DNA of 64,000 bases from an uncultured Candidatus Saccharibacteria bacterium (GTDB lineage Bacteria > Patescibacteriota > Saccharimonadia > Saccharimonadales > 2-12-FULL-41-12): positions 7,766 to 71,765 of the forward strand of contig CAYOLI010000002.1 of assembly GCA_964404795.1 (NCBI GenBank), in the 5' to 3' direction. Below are positions 34,556 through 43,091 of this stretch, in pieces; within the stretch, counting starts at the first letter, position 1, and every line of letters begins with the position of its first letter. Both the position numbers and the translations under genes were made by a program. The notes beneath the pieces are model-generated. The model did not search any database. It was not told the DNA's origin and worked only from the letters and a program-made list of their open reading frames with translations.

Positions 34556-35518
34556 ATGAATACAATTATCAACCGCCACGAGATTTTACCTAATTCAATC
34601 AACACCCTTCCTATGCTTCATGAAGGTGAAGTTATCGCAGATCGCTACGAGGTCTTGCCACACGTTGCTCGGAGTGACAGAAAACTCCTTGGATTTACAG
34701 AAAATTCATCCGTTTGTCCAGCCGTAGATATACAATCTGAAACCGAGGTTGCCGTTAAGTTACTACGTAAAAATACCGTCCCGGCTCTTGGTAGACACCA
34801 GATCGAACAATTGGTAGGGAACAACGTATCACACGAAGGTATTATCCCAACACTTGCAACTGGCATATACTCTGGTCAAGACGGACGGATTAACCCATTT
34901 ATTGTCACAAAACAGGGTAACGACGGATACCACAATTTGGAAATTGATCATAGCAGTGAAGGAGCCCAAGAATTCTTTGGCAGAATGGCAAAAATTGCGC
35001 TTGCGCTTACTTATCTGCACGAAGAAAAAGGAATAGCACACGGCGACGTAAAATCGTCTAATATTATTCTCGACAATGGACATACTTTTTTGAATGACTT
35101 TTCAACTACCGAAGCAATCCGCGAGATAAACAGTACTAATCCATTAATTAATTCCGAACTAACAGAGGAGATAACCATTATTAACAAAGAAAACGAAGAC
35201 ATTTTAGTCGGCACACCATCACATCTTTCCCCTCAACGACTTGAGGGAAACCATCTAACTGCAGAGGATGACACATTTGCGCTAGGCGTTACAATATTCG
35301 AATTCTTAACCAAACGCCATCCATATAACTCGACAAGTAGCGATATCTACGTTCAGGCAAACTTATTAAAGAAAAGCTCGCCGCTTCCGGCAGAGGAGCT
35401 CCCGAATTTTGTAAGCGACGAAGTATCAGGTGCTCTTTATGCATCAATTGAGAAGCTCCCGCAAAACCGGCCCTCATCTAGGGAGATGGCAAGAGTACTA
35501 CTATCCGCTGCATCCTAA
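34556..35518 (+). CDS. Ser/Thr protein kinase-like protein (atypical)
   Basis: VAVKLL (VAIK), HGDVKSSNIIL (HRDxKxxN variant), DFS (DFG variant), GTPSHLSPQRL (APE-like), DTFALGVTIFEFLT. No recognisable GxGxxG loop. Confidence 0.7.
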   Translation: MNTIINRHEILPNSINTLPMLHEGEVIADRYEVLPHVARSDRKLLGFTENSSVCPAVDIQSETEVAVKLLRKNTVPALGRHQIEQLVGNNVSHEGIIPTLATGIYSGQDGRINPFIVTKQGNDGYHNLEIDHSSEGAQEFFGRMAKIALALTYLHEEKGIAHGDVKSSNIILDNGHTFLNDFSTTEAIREINSTNPLINSELTEEITIINKENEDILVGTPSHLSPQRLEGNHLTAEDDTFALGVTIFEFLTKRHPYNSTSSDIYVQANLLKKSSPLPAEELPNFVSDEVSGALYASIEKLPQNRPSSREMARVLLSAAS

Positions 35519-35561
35519 AATTAGGCGAGCCAAGCAATCTGAGCTAAAGTAGGTTACTAGC

Positions 35562-38378
35562 ATGCCACAAAGGAAACCCTCTAGTGCCCGATTGAGTTTG
35601 TTTTTCTTTAACAGACCAAGAAAAACAGCTTTACTTTGGTTAATTTTAATTATTTTCGGATCTTTGTGTTATACCTCACTTCTAAAAAGAGAGGGCTTCC
35701 CGCCAATTAACACCCCCTACGCTATCGGGCAGGGAACATATCTAGTTAACAATTCAGCCAAAGTAGATAACGATATAGCAAGGCCTGCCAGCGAATTTAT
35801 TCTAAAGCAAAGTGGCGTTAAAACAGTTCAAACACAAAGCTTCGATAATTACCTGTCCTTGATTATCTCCTACAATGAAGGGGTAAACTCCGAGAGTCGT
35901 AGCCATCAAATTCAAAATGACTTAAAAAGCAATCATATTTTACCCAAAGATGTAGAACTAAACATAGAGGCCTACAAGTTCGGATTTACGCCTCGTGGCG
36001 ACAATATAGTACTTGCAATCTACAGCCAAAATAAGGAAACATCATATAGTGAATTACTAAAAAAAGCTAATCTTGTAACTGACTATTTAAAGAACCAAAA
36101 TATACCTTTGCTAGAGCAAGTTTCGGTTATTGACCCATACAAAAATGCCCTTAGCCCAACCACTGGAGAGGTTCAAAGAACTCAAGCCAACTTTGACAGA
36201 TTTGGTCTGCGCCAGAAAAACCAGGCAGAGTTTTATAGATCAATCAGCATCGGCATTCTTGCCAAAAAAGATGCGGACATACTAGAACTAGACAAACAAG
36301 TTAGAGCGGCGGTTGATAAATTAAACAGTAATGCTGAGCTTAGGGGATATAACACCGTTATTAGTGCAAGTTTTGCTCCCCAAATAAATCAACAAATTAG
36401 CGAATTGCAAAAATCCTTACTTGAAGGACTATTGGCGGTCTTATTGATTGGCTCTTTAGTTATAACGTTTAGAGCTTCATTAATAACTGTTGTGGCAATG
36501 ATAAGCGTTATTGCTATAACAAATGGAGTACTTTATGTAACCGGTAACACCTTAAACACTATAGTTTTATTTAGCTTAATTCTTGGACTAGCACTAATTG
36601 TTGACGACACCATAATTATGGTAGAGGCAATCGACGCTCAAAGACGCAAATTCAAAGACGCTAACAAAATAGTATCGGTAGCAACCAGTAAGGTTAGTCG
36701 CGCCATGATTGCTGCAACTTCAGTTGCAATACTTAGCTTTGCGCCACTGTTATTTGTAAGCGGTCTACTAGGAACATTTATCAGAAAGGTACCCATTACA
36801 ATTATCTCCGCTTTACTATCTAGTTTGTTTGTTGCCTTAATATTTATTCCATTTTTTGCGCGAATTGGGCTACTCAGAAAAAATAACCCCCTAACAGGAG
36901 CTAACAACAGACAGGGACTATCTGCCAACATTGAAGCCCGAATTGCAAAATTCATATCTGGGCCAATGCTTTGGGCGAAAGGATCAAGCAGGAAACTATT
37001 ATCAGTCGGTGCAGTCGCCATGATAATTGGTGCTGGATTTATCGTCTCCAGCGGTTACATCATGAAAAATGTTTCGTTTAACATATTTCCGCCTAGCAAG
37101 GACTCAAACCAGCTATTAATTACTATTCAGTTTGAGCCAAACACAAGTATTGAGGGGGCAGAGCAGATTACGAATGAAGTAGACCAAAAAGTTGCCGAAA
37201 TAGTTGGCAACAACTTTGTTCAGGCAGCATATTTTGGGCAAGCCGGAGTAAAAAACGCAGTTGCGAGCGTTGACTTGACCGATTACAGTGAACGCTCTAT
37301 CAGAGCGCCAGAAATCGTCGAAAATATCAACAAAACGTTTAAAGATTTTCACAGTGCCGAAGTTAGCGCAACTCAAGCAGACGTCGGACCACCTCCTGCA
37401 ACTTTTGGGGTAAGAATTGACTCTAGCCAGAATAGAGACGGTGCATTGCACATTGCGAACGACGCCCTCGAATATATAAAGTCAATGCAACTGAGAAGAA
37501 TGGACGGTACAACCGCCAAAATTAAGCACGCTGGAGTTACCAATCCTAGTATCTTTACCCGAGAAAACGGCAAACCATTTGTCGAAATAACAGCTACGTT
37601 TGTAGATAGTGACACTACTACACTAGTTAATTTGGCGAAAGAATCTGTTACCAAAGAATTTACCAATTCTAGAGTCGGCAGTTATGGTCTGGCAAAAGAT
37701 GCTCTATCTTTCAACTTTGGACAAGAGGACGAGAACCAAAACAGCTTTAAAACACTAGCACTAGCTTTTCCTATTCTATTAGCAGTCATCTATGTACTAT
37801 TGGCATTTCAGTTTAGAAGCTTACTGCAACCACTTTTAATATTCATGGCAATTCCATTTAGTTTATTCGGTATTGCTTTAGGTCTAAAAATATCCGATAA
37901 CCCACTTAGCTTTTTCGCACTACTTGGATTCTTTGCGCTACTTGGCCTTAGTATCAAAAATACCATTTTATTAACCGACTATGCTAATCAGGCCCGTAGC
38001 AAAGGAATGGGACCAATAGATGCTGCACACGAGGCGCTAGCCGAAAGATTCAGACCACTAATTGCAACCAGCTTGACTGCGATAGTTTCGCTCATACCAC
38101 TAGCACTTACTAGCCCCTTCTGGGAGGGGTTGGCAGTTGTGCTTATCGGCGGCATGCTATCTAGTACCTTACTTGTAATTATCATCTTCCCGTATTATTA
38201 CTTGGCCAGTGAATTTTTGCGCATCCAGGTACCAATAAAGTATGGCATAGGATGGATAGCGTTAAGTGTTGTTCTGGGGTATTTATTTTTTAATGTCTCT
38301 ACTATATTAATCATTGCCAGTCCTTTTATAGCATTCGCAGCTCTGTTAATCGGTAAAAAAGTAAAAAATAGTTTATAA
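35562..38378 (+). CDS. RND-superfamily efflux transporter permease (AcrB-like)
   Basis: 938 aa. N-terminal FFFNRPRKTALLWLILIIFG, two blocks of 5-6 TM helices separated by large extracytoplasmic domains. Confidence 0.75.
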   Translation: MPQRKPSSARLSLFFFNRPRKTALLWLILIIFGSLCYTSLLKREGFPPINTPYAIGQGTYLVNNSAKVDNDIARPASEFILKQSGVKTVQTQSFDNYLSLIISYNEGVNSESRSHQIQNDLKSNHILPKDVELNIEAYKFGFTPRGDNIVLAIYSQNKETSYSELLKKANLVTDYLKNQNIPLLEQVSVIDPYKNALSPTTGEVQRTQANFDRFGLRQKNQAEFYRSISIGILAKKDADILELDKQVRAAVDKLNSNAELRGYNTVISASFAPQINQQISELQKSLLEGLLAVLLIGSLVITFRASLITVVAMISVIAITNGVLYVTGNTLNTIVLFSLILGLALIVDDTIIMVEAIDAQRRKFKDANKIVSVATSKVSRAMIAATSVAILSFAPLLFVSGLLGTFIRKVPITIISALLSSLFVALIFIPFFARIGLLRKNNPLTGANNRQGLSANIEARIAKFISGPMLWAKGSSRKLLSVGAVAMIIGAGFIVSSGYIMKNVSFNIFPPSKDSNQLLITIQFEPNTSIEGAEQITNEVDQKVAEIVGNNFVQAAYFGQAGVKNAVASVDLTDYSERSIRAPEIVENINKTFKDFHSAEVSATQADVGPPPATFGVRIDSSQNRDGALHIANDALEYIKSMQLRRMDGTTAKIKHAGVTNPSIFTRENGKPFVEITATFVDSDTTTLVNLAKESVTKEFTNSRVGSYGLAKDALSFNFGQEDENQNSFKTLALAFPILLAVIYVLLAFQFRSLLQPLLIFMAIPFSLFGIALGLKISDNPLSFFALLGFFALLGLSIKNTILLTDYANQARSKGMGPIDAAHEALAERFRPLIATSLTAIVSLIPLALTSPFWEGLAVVLIGGMLSSTLLVIIIFPYYYLASEFLRIQVPIKYGIGWIALSVVLGYLFFNVSTILIIASPFIAFAALLIGKKVKNSL

Positions 38379-38404
38379 TATCTCTTAAAGCAAAAGGAGA
38401 TATT

Positions 38405-38833
38405 ATGGCTACGAACAAGAACGAAGCAAACTATATGCAAAATATAAAAATACCAAACTACCTTAGGATTAGTAGAATCTTGGCCTACATTATGTATGCT
38501 TGGGTTATTTTAGGTATGCTAGTAATCGTATTGCGAGTATTTTTATTAGCATTTTCAGCTAATTTGAGCGCTCCATTTGCAAAATTTATTTATCATACAT
38601 CAAACGATTACCTCGAGCCCTTTAGAGGTATATTTCCCCCCAGACATATCGGCGAGACTGGCTACCTAGACGTCGCTGCGCTATTCGCCATAATTATTTA
38701 CTTGTTCGTGGCTTGGCTTTTCTCGTCTTTAGTAATATATATCCAAAATAAAATAGATTCATCAATAAAAGACCAAAAAGAGGGCTTTCGGGTCAAGCTA
38801 GCACAAAGTATATCTGGTAAAAGGAGAGTGTAG
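38405..38833 (+). CDS. YggT family membrane protein
   Basis: YLEPFRGIFPP...GYLDVAALFAIIIYL matches the YGGT repeat pattern. Confidence 0.6.
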   Translation: MATNKNEANYMQNIKIPNYLRISRILAYIMYAWVILGMLVIVLRVFLLAFSANLSAPFAKFIYHTSNDYLEPFRGIFPPRHIGETGYLDVAALFAIIIYLFVAWLFSSLVIYIQNKIDSSIKDQKEGFRVKLAQSISGKRRV

Positions 38834-39048
38834 TGAACGAGCAATTTATAACAAATCATACGTCACTAATATTAACAGCTGCTGCCATCGAGTTAGTACT
38901 TAAGGGCTTTGCGCTATGGGTTGCAGCCAGAAAAGGGGCAAAAGTATGGTATATACTGTTGTTAGTTCTAAATACCGTTGGTATTCTACCTCTGGCCTAT
39001 ATATTTTACTTTAGTAAACAAACTTCATCAGATAAAGACGCTAGCTAG
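38833..39048 (+). CDS. small 2-TM membrane protein (hypothetical)
   Basis: GTG start overlapping the upstream stop; two hydrophobic helices. Confidence 0.5.
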   Translation: MNEQFITNHTSLILTAAAIELVLKGFALWVAARKGAKVWYILLLVLNTVGILPLAYIFYFSKQTSSDKDAS

Positions 39049-39053
39049 TTTAC

Positions 39054-39503
39054 TTATTCGTGGTGATACTGTAAACCCTTTATAATTGTGTAGCTTCGGT
39101 AAATTTGCTCAACTAAAATCAACCTGACAATCTGATGGGGCAGAATAAGTCCCGAAAGTGAATAGATATGTTTTATTTGATTCTTTAGTATCTGATCCAC
39201 GCCGTAAGAGCCACCGATTATAAAAACCAACCTAGAAACAGATGCTCTAACACTTGCATCCTCTATGAAACCAGTAAGTAGTTTATTGTTTAGATGCTCG
39301 CCTGTCTCATCTAGTAGAACCACCTCATCACTTTTTTGAATACTGCTCAATATTCTATCCGATTCGGTACTCTTGTCGCTCGAGGGGATAATGCGCCACT
39401 CTAGCTTGCAATACCTACTTAGGCGCAACTGATACTTGTCGATAACATCTTTCATCGTAGCATCGTGCTTTTTGCCAACAGAGATAATTACTATAGTAAG
39501 CAT
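39054..39503 (-). CDS. rlmH: 23S rRNA (pseudouridine1915-N3)-methyltransferase
   Basis: SPOUT pattern: FIIGGSYG...SLSGLILPHQIVRLILVEQIYRSYTI. Confidence 0.85.
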   Translation of the reverse strand: MLTIVIISVGKKHDATMKDVIDKYQLRLSRYCKLEWRIIPSSDKSTESDRILSSIQKSDEVVLLDETGEHLNNKLLTGFIEDASVRASVSRLVFIIGGSYGVDQILKNQIKHIYSLSGLILPHQIVRLILVEQIYRSYTIIKGLQYHHE

Positions 39504-39508
39504 ACCAG

Positions 39509-40741
39509 TTACTGGCTACTACGTAGCGCCTCTATAGGGTCTTTTCGAGCCGCCTTCACTGCCGGTACTGTACCAAAAATAATACCAATCAAAATTGATA
39601 CTGCCACAGAAATAGCTATCGGCTCCCAAGTTACAACGGGCTGCAAATTAGTGGTAATGCGAAGCACAAGGTTTATGATGAGCGATATTACCACGCCTAT
39701 CGATGCACCCCAGAGCGATAACAGAGTCGCTTCCATAAGAAATTGATTAAAAATCTGTCGACTAGTAGCCCCAACTGCCTTTCTGATGCCAATCTCTTGG
39801 GTTCTCTCTGTCACCGATACCAAAATGATATTCATAATATTAATACCACCTAACAGTAGCGCAATTGTTGCAACGGCAAAAATTAAGCGAGCGACAAGAT
39901 AAGTCATATTATTTGCAATAACAATGCTATCGCCGGGCTTAATAACACTAAAATCACTCATGCCACCATGTTCGTTTTTAACTGCAACGTTAATAGCAGA
40001 CGCAACTTTGTCTATATCTTTAGGATTGTCGACTTGGGCGATGATCTGGTAATACTGTCCGTTGCCGCCAGTCAGGACTTTACCAACTTGGTAGGGAATT
40101 AAAATAGCGTTATTAAAGTTGTTGTCTTCGGAAAATGGACCAACATCCGCTTTTTCCAAAACCGCTCTTACTACAAAATCTTGGTCCCTAATTTTCATAA
40201 TTTTGCCAACCGGAACGTTCTCTCCAAATAACTTCTCGGCGACTGACTGGCCAATAACTGCCACTTTTTGAGTAGTTGTATCATTATCGAAAAATGCCCC
40301 AAACTCGACTTTTACATTGGACATCTTTGGCATATCTCCAGTTGTACCTATTATCTGCGCTTGATCATATATTTTGCCATCATAACTTGGAACAGCGCTG
40401 ATAACAGAAAAGGGGACTGTTCTTTTGATGCCTTCCACATTTTCGACTGCCGTTAAATCATTGTCGGTCAAAACCCTAGACCCAGAGGGAGCAAAAGTCA
40501 AGGATCCCACTAGCGAAGAGCTTGTTCGACCAGGACGTAACACTAAAACATCCTTGCCTTGGCGATGCGTATCGTTAGATATTTGCTGTTTAACTCCTTC
40601 TCCTAACGAGACAACTGTTACAACACTGGCCACTCCAACAATTATCCCAAACAAAGTCAGTATGCTTCTCGTACGCCTAGACCGTATAGAAGCGTATGCA
40701 ACACGATAATGCTCTTTAAATAACGATATTTTACTAATCAT
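39509..40741 (-). CDS. ABC transporter permease (MacB/FtsX-like)
   Basis: N-terminal TM, large extracytoplasmic MacB_PCD-like region, and a C-terminal FtsX domain (TERTQEIGIRKAVGA). Confidence 0.85.
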   Translation of the reverse strand: MISKISLFKEHYRVAYASIRSRRTRSILTLFGIIVGVASVVTVVSLGEGVKQQISNDTHRQGKDVLVLRPGRTSSSLVGSLTFAPSGSRVLTDNDLTAVENVEGIKRTVPFSVISAVPSYDGKIYDQAQIIGTTGDMPKMSNVKVEFGAFFDNDTTTQKVAVIGQSVAEKLFGENVPVGKIMKIRDQDFVVRAVLEKADVGPFSEDNNFNNAILIPYQVGKVLTGGNGQYYQIIAQVDNPKDIDKVASAINVAVKNEHGGMSDFSVIKPGDSIVIANNMTYLVARLIFAVATIALLLGGINIMNIILVSVTERTQEIGIRKAVGATSRQIFNQFLMEATLLSLWGASIGVVISLIINLVLRITTNLQPVVTWEPIAISVAVSILIGIIFGTVPAVKAARKDPIEALRSSQ

Positions 40742-41622
40742 CTAGTTGCCCTATCTCGCTTCTTACTACTTTTCTTCGTGCGCTGCTTCTTGGGACGCGC
40801 GCGGTGCCTTTTTATATCTTTCTCATCGCTCTCAAGAGACATCAGGGCTGAAACACCGGCTAGGTCGGCCTCTTCACTGGTTTCTTTCTTGAAAAGTGCA
40901 GTCCTTTCTTCTGCGTCTTTAGCCACAACTCCCAAAGATTTTTGCTCATCGTACGCAATCATCCCATCGTGCATGTAGAGAATTCTGGTGGCGTATCTGG
41001 TTAATTCGGGGTTGTGGGTAACCATCAAAACCGTGTTTCCGCCTTTATGGATTTCACTGATTAACTCCATTACTAATCGAGAAGAAGCGCTGTCGAGATT
41101 TCCTGTCGGCTCATCGGCGATAATAATCGTAGGATCATTTATTAAAGCTCTAGCAATGGCAACTCTTTGCACCTGGCCGCCACTAAGCTGGTTGGGCATG
41201 TAGTATGATCTATCGCGGAGTCCAACCCTTTCCAGCATATTCATGGCTATCTTCAAACTTTTACCTCTGGTTCTACCCTTATAAGCCAGAGGCAAGGCAA
41301 CATTTTCTATGACATTGATTCGCGGCAACAAACTAGACGACTGAAATACAAATCCAATTTTATCCCTACGGGCTTTCGCCCTAGAGTTATTGCTCAGGTT
41401 TTCTACATTACGCCCATCTAAGACAAACTTACCGTGTGTTGGGTGGTCTAACAGACCTATCACATTCAATAACGTTGATTTGCCTGATCCACTGGGGCCC
41501 ATAATGGCAACAAATTCGCCTTTTTCAATTTCTAAAGAGACCTCTTCAAGAGCTACAGTAGTAGCGTCTCCGAAGCCATATAGTTTACTGACATCGGTCA
41601 ATTTTATTACAGCCATCTGCAA
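40738..41622 (-). CDS. ABC transporter ATP-binding protein (MacB/LolD-like) with a ~80-aa basic C-terminal tail
   Basis: Walker A GPSGSGKST, signature LSGGQVQR, Walker B IIIADEP. The start is uncertain (TTG 41622 with AAGGAG 9 nt upstream, ATG 41616, or the tracked TTG 41643). Confidence 0.85.
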   Translation of the reverse strand: MQMAVIKLTDVSKLYGFGDATTVALEEVSLEIEKGEFVAIMGPSGSGKSTLLNVIGLLDHPTHGKFVLDGRNVENLSNNSRAKARRDKIGFVFQSSSLLPRINVIENVALPLAYKGRTRGKSLKIAMNMLERVGLRDRSYYMPNQLSGGQVQRVAIARALINDPTIIIADEPTGNLDSASSRLVMELISEIHKGGNTVLMVTHNPELTRYATRILYMHDGMIAYDEQKSLGVVAKDAEERTALFKKETSEEADLAGVSALMSLESDEKDIKRHRARPKKQRTKKSSKKRDRATR

Positions 41623-41915
41623 ATAGTTTAACTCCTTAGTCAAGGTGTTAGCAAGGCATTTTTGTGGTAATTTTTATTTACTCGCATTTTTTAAATTTTC
41701 GGCATAAAATCATGATAAACTTGAGCAATAAAAAAATATTATCCGAGTGAGTTAATCCAAGAGCAATCAGTGGTTCACCGCCAGCGAACTTTAGTTTACC
41801 AACTGATTTGACAATCGAGTTGTTTCGGAGTTGCAGCAATGAACCACATATGGTCCCTAATAACACTCTTAGGATGTAGCCATAATCAAACTATAAAAGT
41901 ATACTGATTAAATAC

Positions 41916-42007
41916 GGAGAGGTGTCCGAGTGGCTGAAGGAGCACGCTTGGAAAGCGTGTGTTGTGAGCAATCGCAACCGAGGGTTCGAATCCCTCTCTC
42001 TCCGCCA
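41916..42007 (+). tRNA. tRNA-Ser (anticodon GGA), CCA encoded
   Basis: Manual cloverleaf: acceptor GGAGAGG/TCTCTCC, anticodon stem CACGC/GCGTG with loop TTGGAAA, a long variable arm, T-loop GGTTCGAATCC. Confidence 0.9.
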
Positions 42008-42045
42008 TAGCAAAAGGTCAATAACAATGGATAGCAAGTGTGCAT

Positions 42046-42291
42046 ATGATCGACGTAGAAAATAAAATCGATTATTCAGCGATTATCGATAAATACCCCT
42101 GGATAGTGAAGCGAAACCAAAAATATATTCTTAGCCCCGATAGTGACGGTTTTCTGTGTGCGTTACTACTTACAAACTATCTGGATAGCCAAGTTGTAGG
42201 ATTTTACGATGGCAAAGTTGCATTAATAGCGGGCATACCCCCGTCGAGGAGTGTATCTTCCTTGATATGGACATTAACAGAAAACATCTAA
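42046..42291 (+). CDS. 5' segment of a frameshifted unknown-function gene with DHH-phosphoesterase-like motifs
   Basis: ILSPDSDGFLCALLL (DxD motif-I-like). The ORF leaves the conserved frame at the C5 run 42238-42242. Confidence 0.5.
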   Translation: MIDVENKIDYSAIIDKYPWIVKRNQKYILSPDSDGFLCALLLTNYLDSQVVGFYDGKVALIAGIPPSRSVSSLIWTLTENI

Positions 42292-43082
42292 GGAGTATCG
42301 GGCACCACATGGTAACCTATAACAAACGGTTAACCGAGATAAACTTTAATTACCCCTCCAACTGTATCCAGCCAAATATATGGCGCAATTTTGATGGCAG
42401 GAACGACTTCCAGGCCAAGTATCCATTTGGAACTATTCATTTGCTACTTGGCATTCTACATCAGCATAAAATTATCTCTGAACTTCAAGAAGATGCTATT
42501 TGGCCACTTCTCTTTACTGATGGGGTGTGGAATAATCTATTTGGCTATACAGAAAACTGTATTGAATGGATAGAATATCTAAACATAAATCAAAAAGACA
42601 ACGTAATGCATAAGTTATTTTGTGCGAACGACCAAAGTTTTTACGAAATCATGATTGGGCTAAATGATTTTCTGAGGATGCGCGATACATACAACGCCAA
42701 GGGTTTTGCAAATACGCTCGGTGAGTACATTCAAGGTGGCAGGAACAAAAGAACTGGTGATAAATTAAAAATTTCAAACCCTAAAGGCGAACCAATTAAT
42801 ATCGTTCGAAACGGATCACTATTCGACATACACAAAACAGAGGTAATACGAATCGAAGGATTTATTAGTGCTATGTCGAAATACGTAGGATGGCCATATG
42901 ACTCTGCAAAATGGACCTGGGATCAGTTGAGGTTACTAAGGTTTACAAAGGGAGATTTTTCCGCCTCTTCCCTAAATAATCAGTCCTATACTCAACTAAT
43001 GAGCCAAAATCCTTTATCGATGGCAATGACCAGCGGTAATAACATCGAATACACACTAGAAACTCCCGATACTATGGCTTAG
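42267..43082 (+). CDS. 3' segment of the same gene (candidate nuclease partner of the adjacent methyltransferase)
   Basis: This frame is already open upstream of 42267 and reads ...PVEECIFLDMDINRKHLRSIGHHMV (motif II/III-like) directly from the C5 run. It converges on the MTase with 9 bp between the stops. Confidence 0.55.
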   Translation: MDINRKHLRSIGHHMVTYNKRLTEINFNYPSNCIQPNIWRNFDGRNDFQAKYPFGTIHLLLGILHQHKIISELQEDAIWPLLFTDGVWNNLFGYTENCIEWIEYLNINQKDNVMHKLFCANDQSFYEIMIGLNDFLRMRDTYNAKGFANTLGEYIQGGRNKRTGDKLKISNPKGEPINIVRNGSLFDIHKTEVIRIEGFISAMSKYVGWPYDSAKWTWDQLRLLRFTKGDFSASSLNNQSYTQLMSQNPLSMAMTSGNNIEYTLETPDTMA

Positions 43083-43091
43083 CCATCAAGT

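Noticed and set aside
41644-41915. The 62-aa minus-strand ORF 41678-41866 in the gap between the ABC operon and tRNA-Ser.
   Set aside because: It has no SD and an odd composition, and it sits where the ABC operon promoter and the tRNA promoter are expected. I treat the region as non-coding.
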